Below are positions 29,570 through 41,701 of a DNA stretch of 64,000 bases, one piece after another. Each line of letters starts with the position of its first letter. The stretch's first letter is position 1. The notes beneath the pieces were generated by a model. That model saw only the letters and a list, made by a program, of their open reading frames with translations. It ran no database searches and was not told the origin of the DNA. This DNA is from Podarcis muralis. Lineage: Eukaryota. The stretch is from assembly GCF_964188315.1 (NCBI RefSeq), contig NC_135667.1:21142001-21206000 (forward strand). Reading direction: 5' to 3'. The position numbers were made by a program, and so were the translations under genes.

Positions 29570-30917
29570 GTCTGGGGGAACTGGGGTTTATTGTAACACT
29601 AAGCCAAACCCTGGCTTAGTTCTGTATAGTGCAGGAGGTGGAGGACCACTGGAAGAGAGACGTGGCCACTATTTCCCCTCCAAGTACCTGCACACTCATT
29701 CATCCATGTTTAGCCGTGGTTTGGATTAGTGTTACAAGCAAATGAGGCCATGGATGAACTCTCCCCCCCCCCCCCGCCGCCACACACACCTCTACTCCCC
29801 TTAGGGTGGTGACACCTGTTGACATTTGGTAACTACCTCAAATACAAATGCCTCCATCATCCTTCAGCATCAAAATATTCACAAATATTCCCTCCTATTA
29901 ACTATGACGCACCTCTGCATGTGGTCAGTCTCACAGCTCAATAAACTAAGCAAATGTAAGCAGCAACAGTAAGTTGTACAGAAATGTAGGAACTTTATAC
30001 TAGCAACCGATACATTGTGCTTACAGATGACTATGTACCAAATTCTAACTTCCAAAAAAGCAACAAAAATGGAAACTTTCCACATTTACAATTAGCTAAA
30101 GGACAACTACTAGGAAATGTTCCCACCCTCTCACCATACTTTTTCATTTTAACAAATGCAATCTTTCTTTCCCCTACCCCCACCAGTGTTGAAAAAGTAT
30201 TGTTCATCCTCAGGTGTATAAGCTAGGTGCCAAATGGCTCCTTAAACCAAGGCTACAGCCATCAAAACAGAATGTCTACTTGCCATTTTGGGGCAAGATG
30301 GATCTAAAGTCTTATTTTTTTCAAATGACTGTCTGACTGTGATTATCAGTTAAACATCTGGCTAGTTCAGATGAAAACCTTGAGTTACGGTAGGTTAAGA
30401 ACTCTGAGAACTTAAAGAAGAAAAGTTGTTTTATCCAGGGACAGTTCACATATATATTGCCCTTTTCCTAATTCTTTTTCTCAGTGGTGACAGGGGCCAT
30501 TCATAACATAAGAATATTATTCACAACCGTGAGCAGGGCAGTGGGGTGGGGTAAGTGAGGACAAGATACAACAATTAACTATAACACTGTTTGCTGCTCT
30601 TGCACAGGCTGCACAGAAAAAGCATTTTAGTTCCTGAAATTCATTCTGAAAAAGCATTTTAGTTCCTGAAATTCATTCTTGCAAGTGGCCAATAGCAAAA
30701 TGTGCCTGGCGCCTGGCTAATTTCGAACACTGTTCATCAACATATTTCCATCAAACCTGACACGGCCAACTTCAAGTGATTATTAATTTGATAAAACAGG
30801 GGTTTTTTTACTCCAAAATGGAATGCTGGCATATGCACCCTTTCAATTAAAGTAACTCTATATTCAACACTGGAGATTCCCTTTCCTCAATATTTCTTTA
30901 AAAAGATTCACCTAGAT

Positions 30918-31149
30918 CATGCATGTCCAACCGGTTGATCGAGATCTACCAGGCGACCACGTGTTGTCTGTGGTCAAACATGGTTGACTTGCGTGATCCT
31001 GAGCGATCTACCCCCCAAAAAAACTCAACAACTTTGGCTCACCCCCCCTAAAAAAACCTCAACAACTCTGGCCAATCCAATGGGTAGATCAGTGCCAGCT
31101 TATTTATAGTGGGAGTAGATTGCAGTCTCTTGGAAGTTGGACGTGCCTG
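30918..31149. mobile_element. hAT MITE
   Basis: Termini CATGCATGTCCAAC / GTTGGACGTGCCTG; perfect 8-bp TSD ACCTAGAT. Confidence 0.85.
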
Positions 31150-32299
31150 ACCTAGATGTTTCCAAATCTGCCCGCCCCCCCTAAAAATTTCAAAGCATAT
31201 ACAGAAGCAAGACCAGCACTAGTAATCTTTTGGAAAACAAAGCATGTGTTACAAAAGGAGCACCTTTCATATGCAGATTTGGACATACAAATTTCTACGT
31301 AAAGGGATTTCAATCTTAAAAACAGAAATAGACACTCATCCTTCCAATGGGTATCAGCTGCAAAATTCACACTGACAAATCTTCACAGCAGACTTTAAGA
31401 AATGAGTCAAAGTATTGGAACCACTGGGAAGAATCAAAATTAGCTTCAAAGACTTTTCACCTGGGAGTTATAATAGCAGACTTGAAGCACAAATATTTAG
31501 AGTCAAATCTATGCCCAAAAGATTCCCAAGCTGCACTGCAAGTCATCCAAGCAGTCCCTGCATGGCTGGGCCACTAACTAATGAACACTAATGCCACAGA
31601 AGCCACAGAGTGGCAGCCAAAGTGGGGGGGGGGGCAGCGAGGGGAGGAGCCAGGGCCTCTTGGGGGAAATGAGCATGTTTACTAATGGTGAGAACATAGT
31701 TGATCTACTACTGCCTGCCTGCTCACTTTAACAGAAGGACTTAGACCAGACATTCCATTATTTGTTCACCATTAGGGCGAAGCACTTGATTGATCTGTTA
31801 ATTAATTAATTGGCAAAAGGATTACTGTGCTAACACAAAAAGGGGGAAGGGGAGCTGAAGTGGTGGTTCAGCCTCCTTGTCATTTTTGTTAGGCTGCTTC
31901 CACTAAACAGGAAGCTCCCACCTCTTCCCAAAGACCAGGGTAAGGCAATCACCCACACCCCCTATACAGAGTGGGGTGCACTCCGCTCCCCACCATCAGA
32001 TGCAGAGAAACAGCCCCCCACCTCCATCTTTCTAACTGTAAACCTCCTTCCTTCCCAGATGGCTCAACTTTCCACCTCTCCCTCCCTCCACCCCCCTACC
32101 AGCCACCCACATCTTAGCTCCCTGTCCTCTTTCTCCTACCAGAAACATTTCTGCCCAGCCCTCCCCTGATTAACCCCTTCCCCTCTCCCAGGAGAAGGGT
32201 CTTGCCCCCCCCACCTCCCATGTGGCTGAAAAAAGGCCACCTCCCTGCGACCACCACCCTTCCCAAGAACAAAAAAGAAGGACCTTGACCATTCATTGC

Positions 32300-34250
32300 C
32301 CGGCCTTCCCCCCGCCCCCGAGCCCATCCCTTCGCCCTTACGCACAGCTCCCCCTGCCTCTCCACCCCATCGCGGCAGAGAGAGGCCCTGGTGCATTTGC
32401 CAGCCCTCCCACTAGACTCGCCCCCCCCCCCGCCACCCCGAAACTGAGACAAGGGGAATGCAGCCATTTTGCTTCTTTGATGTGGCTGGGGGTGGGAGGG
32501 GCAAAGCGATGGCTCATGTTGCGCTCCCCGCTCGCTCTCCCCTGCGCTGCCAGCAACCAACCCCCCTTCCAATCGGTGACATCTACCTAGGATTTTGGGG
32601 GAGCAGGAAAAGAGCCCCCCTCCAAATCCAGCCCACCCACCTCCCTCTCCTCCCCCACCCCCGCTTTGCACGTGGCTTTGCAATATGGGGAGGCCGGCCG
32701 CTGCAACTCACCCTTCGGCGAGGAGAGCCAGTCTTCCCTCTCCCGCCCCCTTGCACCAGATGCGGCTACTTGGGGGTGTTGCAACCCCGAACCTCTCTCT
32801 CTCTTCCGTGCCCCCCTCCTCCCCCAAAAAAGGCGGAGCAGGAAGGCGCCTCCTCCTCTTCCTCCCTCCCCACGTGGGCGCCAGGGCATTAACCCTTTGC
32901 GCGCTTCGGACGACCAGCTCTCGCCCCCGCCGCTCATCAACGCGCAAATCAGATGCATGTTCCTCCAGTTGATGGTCATTTTCCTCTTGTCGTGGATTTA
33001 TAGGAGCCGAACCAGTGTGCAAATTGGTTTTTTGGAGGGCGATCCCACCTTTTTCTAATCTAGGAAAACGTATTTCGAAATACAATCCCTACGCATTAGA
33101 AATAATAATAATAATATTTCACTTCTGAGATTTTTCAACGCTGCTCACAGGAAATTCTTTCTCCAGCGTGGAGTTCTTTCATCCTCCCATGGAGATCACG
33201 CTTCATTTTGTTCAGGCACAATCGTGCAATTTCTTCCTTTGTAACCATTTCCAGAGGGACAGGCCTGTGGGTCTGTTGCAGCTCACCCTACAAAGGAAAG
33301 TCTTGTGGCATCTTGAAGACTTAACAAATTTATTATGGCATGATAAGCTTTCATCACTGGACTACAGACCATTTGATTAAATGGACTCCATAAAAGCTTA
33401 TGCTATTAAAAATAATTTGGTTATCTTTTCAGGTGCCACAAGGCACTCTGTTAATTTCTCCTTTTACACACACACACACCAACCTCCCCCATCCCCCAAC
33501 TAGCTGGAGAAACCTAACTTTTTTCAACGTCTTGGACTCAAATAGTCTGTCTAGCACAGAGTAACAGTGATTGAAGCCACTCAAACACAGCACAATAAAA
33601 ATGATTTAAATTGAAATTAAAAAAATTAAGGTCATATATATATATATATATATATATATGTTCATAACTGCATATATAAACCACATGTCTGAAACCCCAC
33701 AGAAAAAGTCCTGAAACCATTTTGTCCCCCCTCCCAAATTGACCTCAAATATTTCTCTGATAGGTCAAAGGAAAATGGAAAAGCCTCCCCATTGTCTTTT
33801 TGTTCACAAATCCTGTCTTAAGGGTATGTCTGTGTATGAATAGGGTGAGCCTAGGACTTCTGGGTTGGTGGAATTCCTCTGATCGGGAGGAATTTGCTCT
33901 GTGGGAATCTGGGTTTGGCCGCCACGGCGAAGGCGGAGACCCGTAAAAATCACAGGCAGGAGAAGCCTGTGAGCGTGGGATTCGGCGGGCACCCCTTGCG
34001 CCTCCCCTACTCGCGGGGAAACCCAGTTTCGGGGGTCCGGAGCGACGTGGGGTGAGTGGCGCGGTGCTTTGAATCGTTTGCTTCTTCCACAGAGCGGAGC
34101 CGCATAGCTGTTGCTGAAGAGCACTGACTTTTTCCTGTGGACAATTTGACTTCAAAGTAATTACCCGTGAGTAGAGCTGAAGTGGGAGAATTGGACTTTT
34201 AAACGTTTAATTTGGCATCGAAACGGGGAGGTTCAATACAGTAAGTCCGC
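32300..34250. promoter_or_regulatory. GC/CpG-rich patches, candidate promoter and non-coding first exons of the minus-strand SCAN-ZNF gene and/or a plus-strand transcript
   Basis: CpG-dense segments at ~32300-33000 and ~33900-34120; splice-donor-like sites on both strands (minus gtagat at 32586; plus gtgagt ~34051, gtaagt ~34241). Assignment to a gene is inference. Confidence 0.45.
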
Positions 34251-35379
34251 CTCCCCCTTTTGTAAATAGACTGAAGCAATGAGGCTGCAAGCTGAAGTCT
34301 TGGAAAGCCTTTTGTAAAAGATTAAAGTTTCATCGGTAAAGAACATATATCCCCCCTTGGAGACAGGAGAAGAGGTGGGGAAGTGGTAGACTGAGTTGCC
34401 TGTAGGAGAGAGCGAAGAGAGTTAAAATACCGCCGCTCTGACCCTGGAAACGGGCTGCTAGCAGGATTGATGTCTTTTGGAATGTTCATTGACAGCGTTT
34501 AGAACGTTCATTGACAGGTAGCTAAATAAGAGAATACATTGTTTCTACTGTCTCCGGCTGCTTTTAAAAAGGAGTAAAAGTAACTGAAAACTGAAACTAA
34601 TTTTGGATTGTTTGATCTGTGTTTAAAAGAGGACATTACTGACTAATACAAATAGAAACTGTTTCCCCCTAGTGCAGGGGTCTGCAACCTTTAAGACAAA
34701 AAGAGCCACTTGGACCCGTTTCCGAAGAAGAAGAAAAAACTGGGAGCCGCAAAACAAGCCAAATGTAAATAACCACACATTCTTCCCCTTCCCCCATTCT
34801 CTCTCTTTTCCCTGAGTCTATTTCAGATAGCAAAGAGGGGTATGTAACTCTCATATCCATTTTTTGCAAAGCACCATGTGCATAGAGTGCATTATACAAA
34901 TTAATACATAGAAAAGTGTCTGTCCCTCCCTGCAGTTCAACTCCCTCCCTTTTTACTAACAGCACATATCCATTCCTTCTGCTGGTGCAACTTTCTCATC
35001 ATTTCTACATAGCAGCATTTATAAACCAGTGCCAGAGAAACTGGGTGAAAGGAAGGTGAGAGGGAAGAGATATGAATATTTATGTGTGTATATGTATACA
35101 TACATACACCTACACAATTACAGGTTTGAAGCCAACTTAAAATAAAAAGAGCTGGTAAGCAAAGGAATCTGTGGTGCTTTCCATGGGATCCGGGGACATG
35201 TCAGCTAATACTCTTCCCTTTCTTCTTCATTTGCTTGTCTCTGCAGCAAATCTCGAGGGGGAAGGGAGAAGGGCAGGAATTGCATAGGCACGAGAGAACG
35301 GGGGAAATCCCGCATGCAGGATTTTGGTGCCTAACGGCCCCCCCCTCTGCAATTGCTCTCGTGCTCCCCTGCCTCTCCT

Positions 35380-35950
35380 GCTGGCTACCTCTGGACCCCC
35401 TCCTCGTCACTGACGTAATTCACCCCTTCCTCCCTGACAGGGCGGGCGGGCCCATTTTGTGGTTCACTTCAGGTGCTCTCCATCAACTCAGTGGCCACTC
35501 AGAAGCAAGGCACGGAAAAGGATCCCGAAGCACCACCGCCACCCCACCCCCCACAAAAACCCCACCCCGCCATTTCCCTCGAGCGCGCACGCGCTCTCTC
35601 TCTCCCTCGCCTCAGGTGACTCGCGTGCGGGGCTGAGGAGAGCGTGGCCTGGGAGAGCGTTCCCCCTCGCCGCCGCCCGTCCTACCCCGGGGGAAGCTAT
35701 GAACCATGAAGCCGCCTGGCAGAACTTCCTTCCGGAGGCAGAAGCAGCAGCAGCAGCAGCAGCAGCCCTTCTCCGGCCACCGCCTCTTCCTCCTCCATCC
35801 CAGCAGCCGCCGCCTCTCGAGCTCCGCTGCCCCCGCCGCCTTGCTTTGCCCGGCTCGGCTGCCCAGCTCCATCCCCCTCCTCTTTCTGGCGCTTCTGCTT
35901 TTCTGCTCAGGGTCTCCGAGGATCTGCGGAGCCGCGGCAAAGGTGTAAAA
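35380..35950 (+). promoter_or_regulatory. CpG-island promoter with possible first exon
   Basis: TGACGT (CRE half-site) ~35410, GGGCGGGCGGG ~35440, GCGCGCACGCGC (NRF1-like) ~35583, then a (CAG)n-containing GC-rich segment. Confidence 0.55.
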
Positions 35951-36239
35951 GAGCCGCATGTGGCTCCGGAGCCGCGGGTTGCCGACCCCTGCCCTAGTGG
36001 AAGCCTTTGAAACTGGTTGCATTGCAAGAGCTGGGCTAGGGGAATTTCCAGCTGCAAGATAAAAAACTGTGAGACTCTGGGATTGACCTTGAATCCTTTA
36101 AGTGTTATGGCAAATGGAAAGGGAAAAAACAGACTAGTCAACTGCTGAAAAAACATTAAACACCAGGCCTTCCCGCCTTTTCTGTTGCTGCTTTTGTACC
36201 AGTACATTCAAAACCAAGAGGAATGTCGACAGAAGAGGC

Positions 36240-37565
36240 CTTAGCGGTTGCATTAGTTAGGATAAATGACTCACTGGTATAGCTTCACAAGAAAATAGAC
36301 GTGATAAATGCGAAACTGGATGCTGCAACTATTCAAATCGACTTAAATACAGAAAGTAGAAATAATCTGGGACAAAAGGTGAATACCAATACAGAAACCA
36401 TCCAGAAATTGATACAGGAGTCTACTTTGATACGGCAAACTGCGGATGACACCAGGGAGAAAACCGTTGCTGCTGAATGGAAAGTAACACAATTGAAGAG
36501 AGAGAGAGTTCCAGCCCTACAGAGGCAACTTGATGAACATAAGTTGATGCTTGCTATGATTGAACTTAAAGAAAAACAGACGAACCTGAGGATCAGAGCC
36601 CTACCTGAACTGGAGAAGGAAAGTCTGACAGAGTTTCAGGAGGAGACAGGACTAACATTGGTTGAGAAAGTGAGGTATTTGGGGGTTAGCGTGACTGCCA
36701 AAACTGTGAATCTATTTAAGGATAATTGTGAAGGATGTTGGATTGTTGTGGTGGGGATGAGTGTTGCTGTGTTGCCGGGGATGTTGTTTCTGTTTCAAAC
36801 ATTGCAAGCTTTGGATGGGATGGAGTGTTTCAAGAGGTGACAAAGGGATGTTCCCAGATTTGTTTGGCAGGGCAAGAAGCCTCGAGTAAAAGTTAAGATA
36901 TTGACTGATGCTAAAGAAGGAGGTGGATTTGCCCTGCCAGACCTTAAACTTTGTTGTGAATCAGCTGCTTTTTGCTGGCTGAGAGAATGTCTGCTTCTTG
37001 AAAACTCTGAAGTGTTGAATAATGGCAGATGAAGTTGATGGACTACATGGAATTGGTGGAAATGACTGGAAGAATCCGAGACCAGGGAGAAGAGTCGGTG
37101 GAAGAAGACTGGAAAAAGCTTAAAGACTATCTACAGAAATATTGTAAAATTAATGAATGTTAGAAGAATGTTGGAATGAAGTTATATGGCTTTAGTAGAA
37201 ATGTTATAAGGAATTAAGTATAAATAGATTAATAGAATATTAGAGGAAAAAATAAGGTTAGAATGTGTTAAGATAATTATAGGATAGATGACAGAGGGAG
37301 ATGGAAAGGAATTGCTGAAACAATTAATAGAAGTGGAATACAAAAAGGGAGGCGTGAGGAGGTCGTGGAAATAAGTGAATGAAAGATAAGATATTGAAAA
37401 TCTTTTAAATGTGTTTTAAACTGTTTTTGTTTGGTTTTGGTTCTGTTTTGTTTGTTTAATGTGTTATTGTTATGTAGTGTTTTTGTATTGTATTGTTCTT
37501 TTTTTCTTTTTTTTTCTTTGTAGTGTTTAAATGGTTGGAAAAATAATAAATATTATTATTTTAAA
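36240..37565 (+). mobile_element. Internally deleted L1-clade LINE (ORF1 fragment fused to ORF2 fragments, long 3' UTR)
   Basis: ORF 36301-36840: coiled coil ending KQTNLRIRALPE (L1 ORF1-like) then VRYLGVSVT..NLFKDN (ORF2 post-RT); downstream FVWQGKKPRVK.KILTDAKEEGGFALPDLK (ORF2 C-terminal); A/T-rich tail. Confidence 0.8.
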
Positions 37566-37569
37566 TAAA

Positions 37570-38074
37570 TGAATAGGGTGAGCCTGTGACCTGGCTCAGT
37601 TCCTCCATATTTATCATTACAAAAGACTGGCCAAGCTACCCAGGTAATCCAATCAAGTGACCATTAATAGGTAACCTGCCAGACAAGAGATAAACAAGGC
37701 ACTCAGATTTCTGTTGCAGACCGCCTCTTCTGTGATGTAGGTATGATGTATCTGGGGGGTAGTTTTGGGCTACACCCCTTCTGTGATGTATGTATGATGT
37801 TTCTGTGGGTGGTCCTGGACTCCAGGGCGGGCAACTTAAAATGTCTATATAAGGGCAGGCACACTTTTGTTCTGGGTCCTCCTCCTTTCCTGCGTGTGAG
37901 GGGAGCACCCTGTTGCAACAGTTCAACAAAGATCAGCTTTAAGAGCTGCTTTGCTCCCCAATATTCTCTGGTTGGCGTCTGTTATTTTCTCTGACTGACG
38001 GAGAACCTACAAAGGACTCTATAAGGGCTCTTGTGTTCCCCATAAGGGAATAAGGGCAGATTTTTGTTTATTAC
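37570..38074 (+). mobile_element. Probable solo LTR
   Basis: TG start, CCAAT-like ccaatcaag, TATA box tctatataaggg ~37846, degenerate polyA signal (caacaaa), ends ...TTACA; TSD not resolved. Confidence 0.55.
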
Positions 38075-38950
38075 AAAATAAAATGAACAGGACCTGTACA
38101 TTCAAAACAAGCAAAACTCAGGCTGGCACCAACTTCAAACAAGGCTTTTTTTGAAGGGAAACAAAAGTAAGTTAATAAAATAAATAAATGATATTAATGC
38201 TAGTTAGCACTATGCAAATATGTCATATAATCTCTTTTTTCCTTGAAAACTTGATTTTTTTTGCAATTAGGAAAGTGACTGGAAATGAACTGAAAAGTAT
38301 GGGATGATGTATAAATGCCCCACATGAATTATGATGAATGATCAATAAAGGGGCATTCTGGAGGAGCCCTCTCAACACACTTAAGCCACATTCATACTGA
38401 TTTAAATGTCATGGCTCCCATATATGGATGAGTGAACCTGTCAGTTCTGGTTTCTCTGTTTCTCATTTTCCCAGTCTCAAATTCAAATCCCCACATTTCT
38501 GCAACAATTAGCAATTAAAAAAACCCAAATTTATCAGTATTTTTAGGATGAATTTCTCCTAATTAGCATATTTGTGTATGTTGTTTTGGCACACACACAC
38601 ACACACAGAGAGAGAGCAATTCCCCCCTAATAACACATATTTGTGTGTTATTTTAATTAATATATGCATTTTATGTGCATTTCCCTCAACATAAGCATTT
38701 TTGCACACACAGTTTGGCTGGCAAATTGCATGACACAATTTCAAAGGGCAGCTGTGTTTTGGTTCGTGTATTCGTCCAAGAAGTGCCAGTTAGTTAGCTT
38801 TTCATTAAAAGACAAGCTTAATCAAATTTCTGCCCCATTCCTACAATTCTCAGGCATTCAATACTCTCATAGAGCAACAGTTCTCAAGTTGATTTTAAGG
38901 AAGCTGTGATAGTTAAACCAGTGTTAAATCAGTTTTCATGAGGAGTCTAC

Positions 38951-38991
<41 letters not shown>

Positions 38992-39001
38992 TACTACTAC
39001 T

Positions 39002-39363
39002 AGGGACGCAGGTAGTGCTGTGGTCCAAACCACAGAGCCTAGGGCATACCGATTGGAAGGTCGGCGGTTCGAACCCCTGCGATGGAGTGAGCTCCTGTTG
39101 CTCAGTCCCAGCTCCTGCCCACCTAGCATTTCGAAAGCACGTCAAGTGCAAGTAGATAAATAGGTACCGCTCCAGCGGGAAGGTAAACAGCGTTTCCGTG
39201 CACTGCTCTGGTTCGCCAGAAAGGGCTTAGTCATGCTGGCCACATGACCTGGAAGCTGTCTGCGGACAAAATGCTGGCTCCCTTGGCCTATAGAGCGAGA
39301 TGAGCGACGCAACCTCAGAGTCATCCGTGACTGGACCTAACGGTCAGGGGTACCTTTACCTTT
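39002..39363 (+). mobile_element. Sauria SINE flanked by (TTA)n and (ACT)n microsatellites
   Basis: gggacgcaggtagtgctgtggtccaaacc head through ggtacctttaccttta tail. Confidence 0.9.
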
Positions 39364-41701
39364 ACTACTACTACACTACACTACACCACCACTACTACTA
39401 CTACTACACCATTACTACTACTGCAACTGCTACTACTAGCACTACTGTACTACTACTGCCACTACCACTGCTAGTACACTAGTACTACTACTACACTCCT
39501 ACTGCCACTTCTACTATCCACTCTACAATTTCCAGAGTGGATTAACAGTCAGCCCCTCTTCTCATGGAACAGCCATGTAATAGATCCTTCAGGAAGGAGC
39601 ATTGGGATTTCAGCAGAGGGGCTGGTCCATTGGGGTGAATGGCATTTCCCCCCCTTAACCTCAGCCTGCCCTCAGCCAACCACCACCTGCCACCCTCTCA
39701 CTTTCCTCTTGCCCAGAGGGTGGCACTGCCTGCCAGTTTCTCCCTCCTTAGTCCCTGCACAACTACTCAGCAGGGAGGAGGAGGAGGAGGAGGGTGGGAA
39801 CTACACTACAATTACTGTGGTGATTTGCCAGCCATCGGCTCTACAGCCAACTATTACTGACCTTTCCTTCTTCCTCCCTCCCATTCCCGATGGGCACTAG
39901 CCACCACTGGCATTCCTCGTTATTCTGTTATAATTTAGCGTTATTCTGCTGTACGGGAATTATGGTTGCATCCGCACGGCATTCCTGGGCTCATTCTGAC
40001 ATTCGGCCTGGATTTAATGTGCATGGGAGAAAATTGTGGTCTTCGGGGCATGAACACCCTAACGTAACGTGTGAACGGGCACTCCAGTGCACGCACATAA
40101 ACCCATGCTACTGCGCCGAAGAGCCAGGTTATCGCGCATACAAAGGCATTGGCTTAGCCTGGGCTGGATTTTTGAACCTGCTTTCAATTCTTAAACCGCA
40201 GATCTGTCCCCCACCCCCCTCTTTTGTTTTATTGTATGGAAAGAGCGTGAAAAGTTAGATGATTTGAGCCAGCTTTGCGGCGACGCCGATCCGGTTTCTC
40301 TTTTCTATTGATAACGTGGCGACGAACGAGATTTTCCAAGGGTTAATATGATAGAGCAGGGGAGCGCGAGAGGGGCTTCGGAGAGGAACCTTCCTGCTCC
40401 GCCTCTCTGGAGATGGAGGTGGGAGGGGGGCAGGGTTTCAGCAGGAGAATCAGGAGCTTGTGCTGGAGGCGAGGCAGTCCTAGGGGTGAGTTAAAAAGAG
40501 GCGCCTGGAAGATGGAGAACGCAGCACCCATAGGGTGCTTTAGCTAGAGAGAGAAAAGGGAAATAGATGTAAATGCATAAAGATCAGGGGGTGCTTAGCA
40601 GCTACCCCTGTGATTATTAATTTCCCAACCATACATGCTTTCTAATCAAGATTGTTACCCTCCACCATCCCACCCGCCCACCCCCGCAGACCAAAATCTC
40701 CTTTAGCTGCTTGAGTTTCAAGCCTGTGCAGCCGAAAGGGATGTGCTTTGCTTTCAGAAAAGTTGTGCAATTCATGCATACAAATGGGCAGGAGAACAGA
40801 CCTTTTATCAGCTAGATAATAAACAGACACCCCTTGGATATCTCTACCATGGACAGAACTGAGTGCAATCCTGAGTCAATGCTGGACTCATAAATACCCC
40901 ATCCCTTGCCTGAGCCATTTCTGGAAACAGTTTGAAGCCAGGTTAAATGCCCTGGATTCCCCCAAACAACTCTGAAAAGTACTGGTGATGCAAAGAGTGA
41001 TGAGGACATTATTAGAAGCCTCTGATTCCTCCCAAGAACTACAATACCAAAAGATCCTTGGGCGGGAGCCCTGAGATTAAACAGGTTTCATTTAAAAGCA
41101 TAGTTTGAGAATGTTGAGAGAGGGCCAACCCTGGTTCACTAGCCTCTCCCTGATCTACACCAATATTTCTTTTTTTAACCATATCTCATCATTTCAGGCA
41201 CAGTTGGTTCTCATCGCTCAGAGATGTCACATTACTCTACAGATCATCATATCCTAATTAGGGCACTCACTTGAGTCAAGAAACGCTAGTTGATCCATTG
41301 TAGCTGTTTTAATTGATCGAATCTGCACCTTCATAAAACAACAGCCCTGGAGGAAAAAACTATTTTGCTCTTCATTTTTCAGTAATGCACACACACAGGC
41401 GCTTTCTTAAAGAGACGTACCCTGCTACGTAAGATAGAAAAGGAAAACGTCTTTCCTGAGATGGTTGCCTGCCAGCACACATGCTGTTTGTAAGTCCTTG
41501 CCTTAAAAAAAATGATTCGTTCACACTTGTTATCGTACAAAATAATTTGTAATTGGCTGATCTGATGTCTATTTAAACGATGTTGCTGTTACGATTCTTC
41601 CATGGCTGCCTCAAATCGCCTCATGTAGTCACTGATGGATGTGAGAGAGGGAGTTTCGGGGAGCAAGAATGCAGGTTTGAAGAGAGTGTGAAGGTGGTAC
41701 C

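Noticed and set aside
32114-33085. Several 120-190-aa ORFs
   Set aside because: G/C homopolymer-rich promoter-like DNA yields stop-poor frames; no protein motif or consistent exon structure was found.
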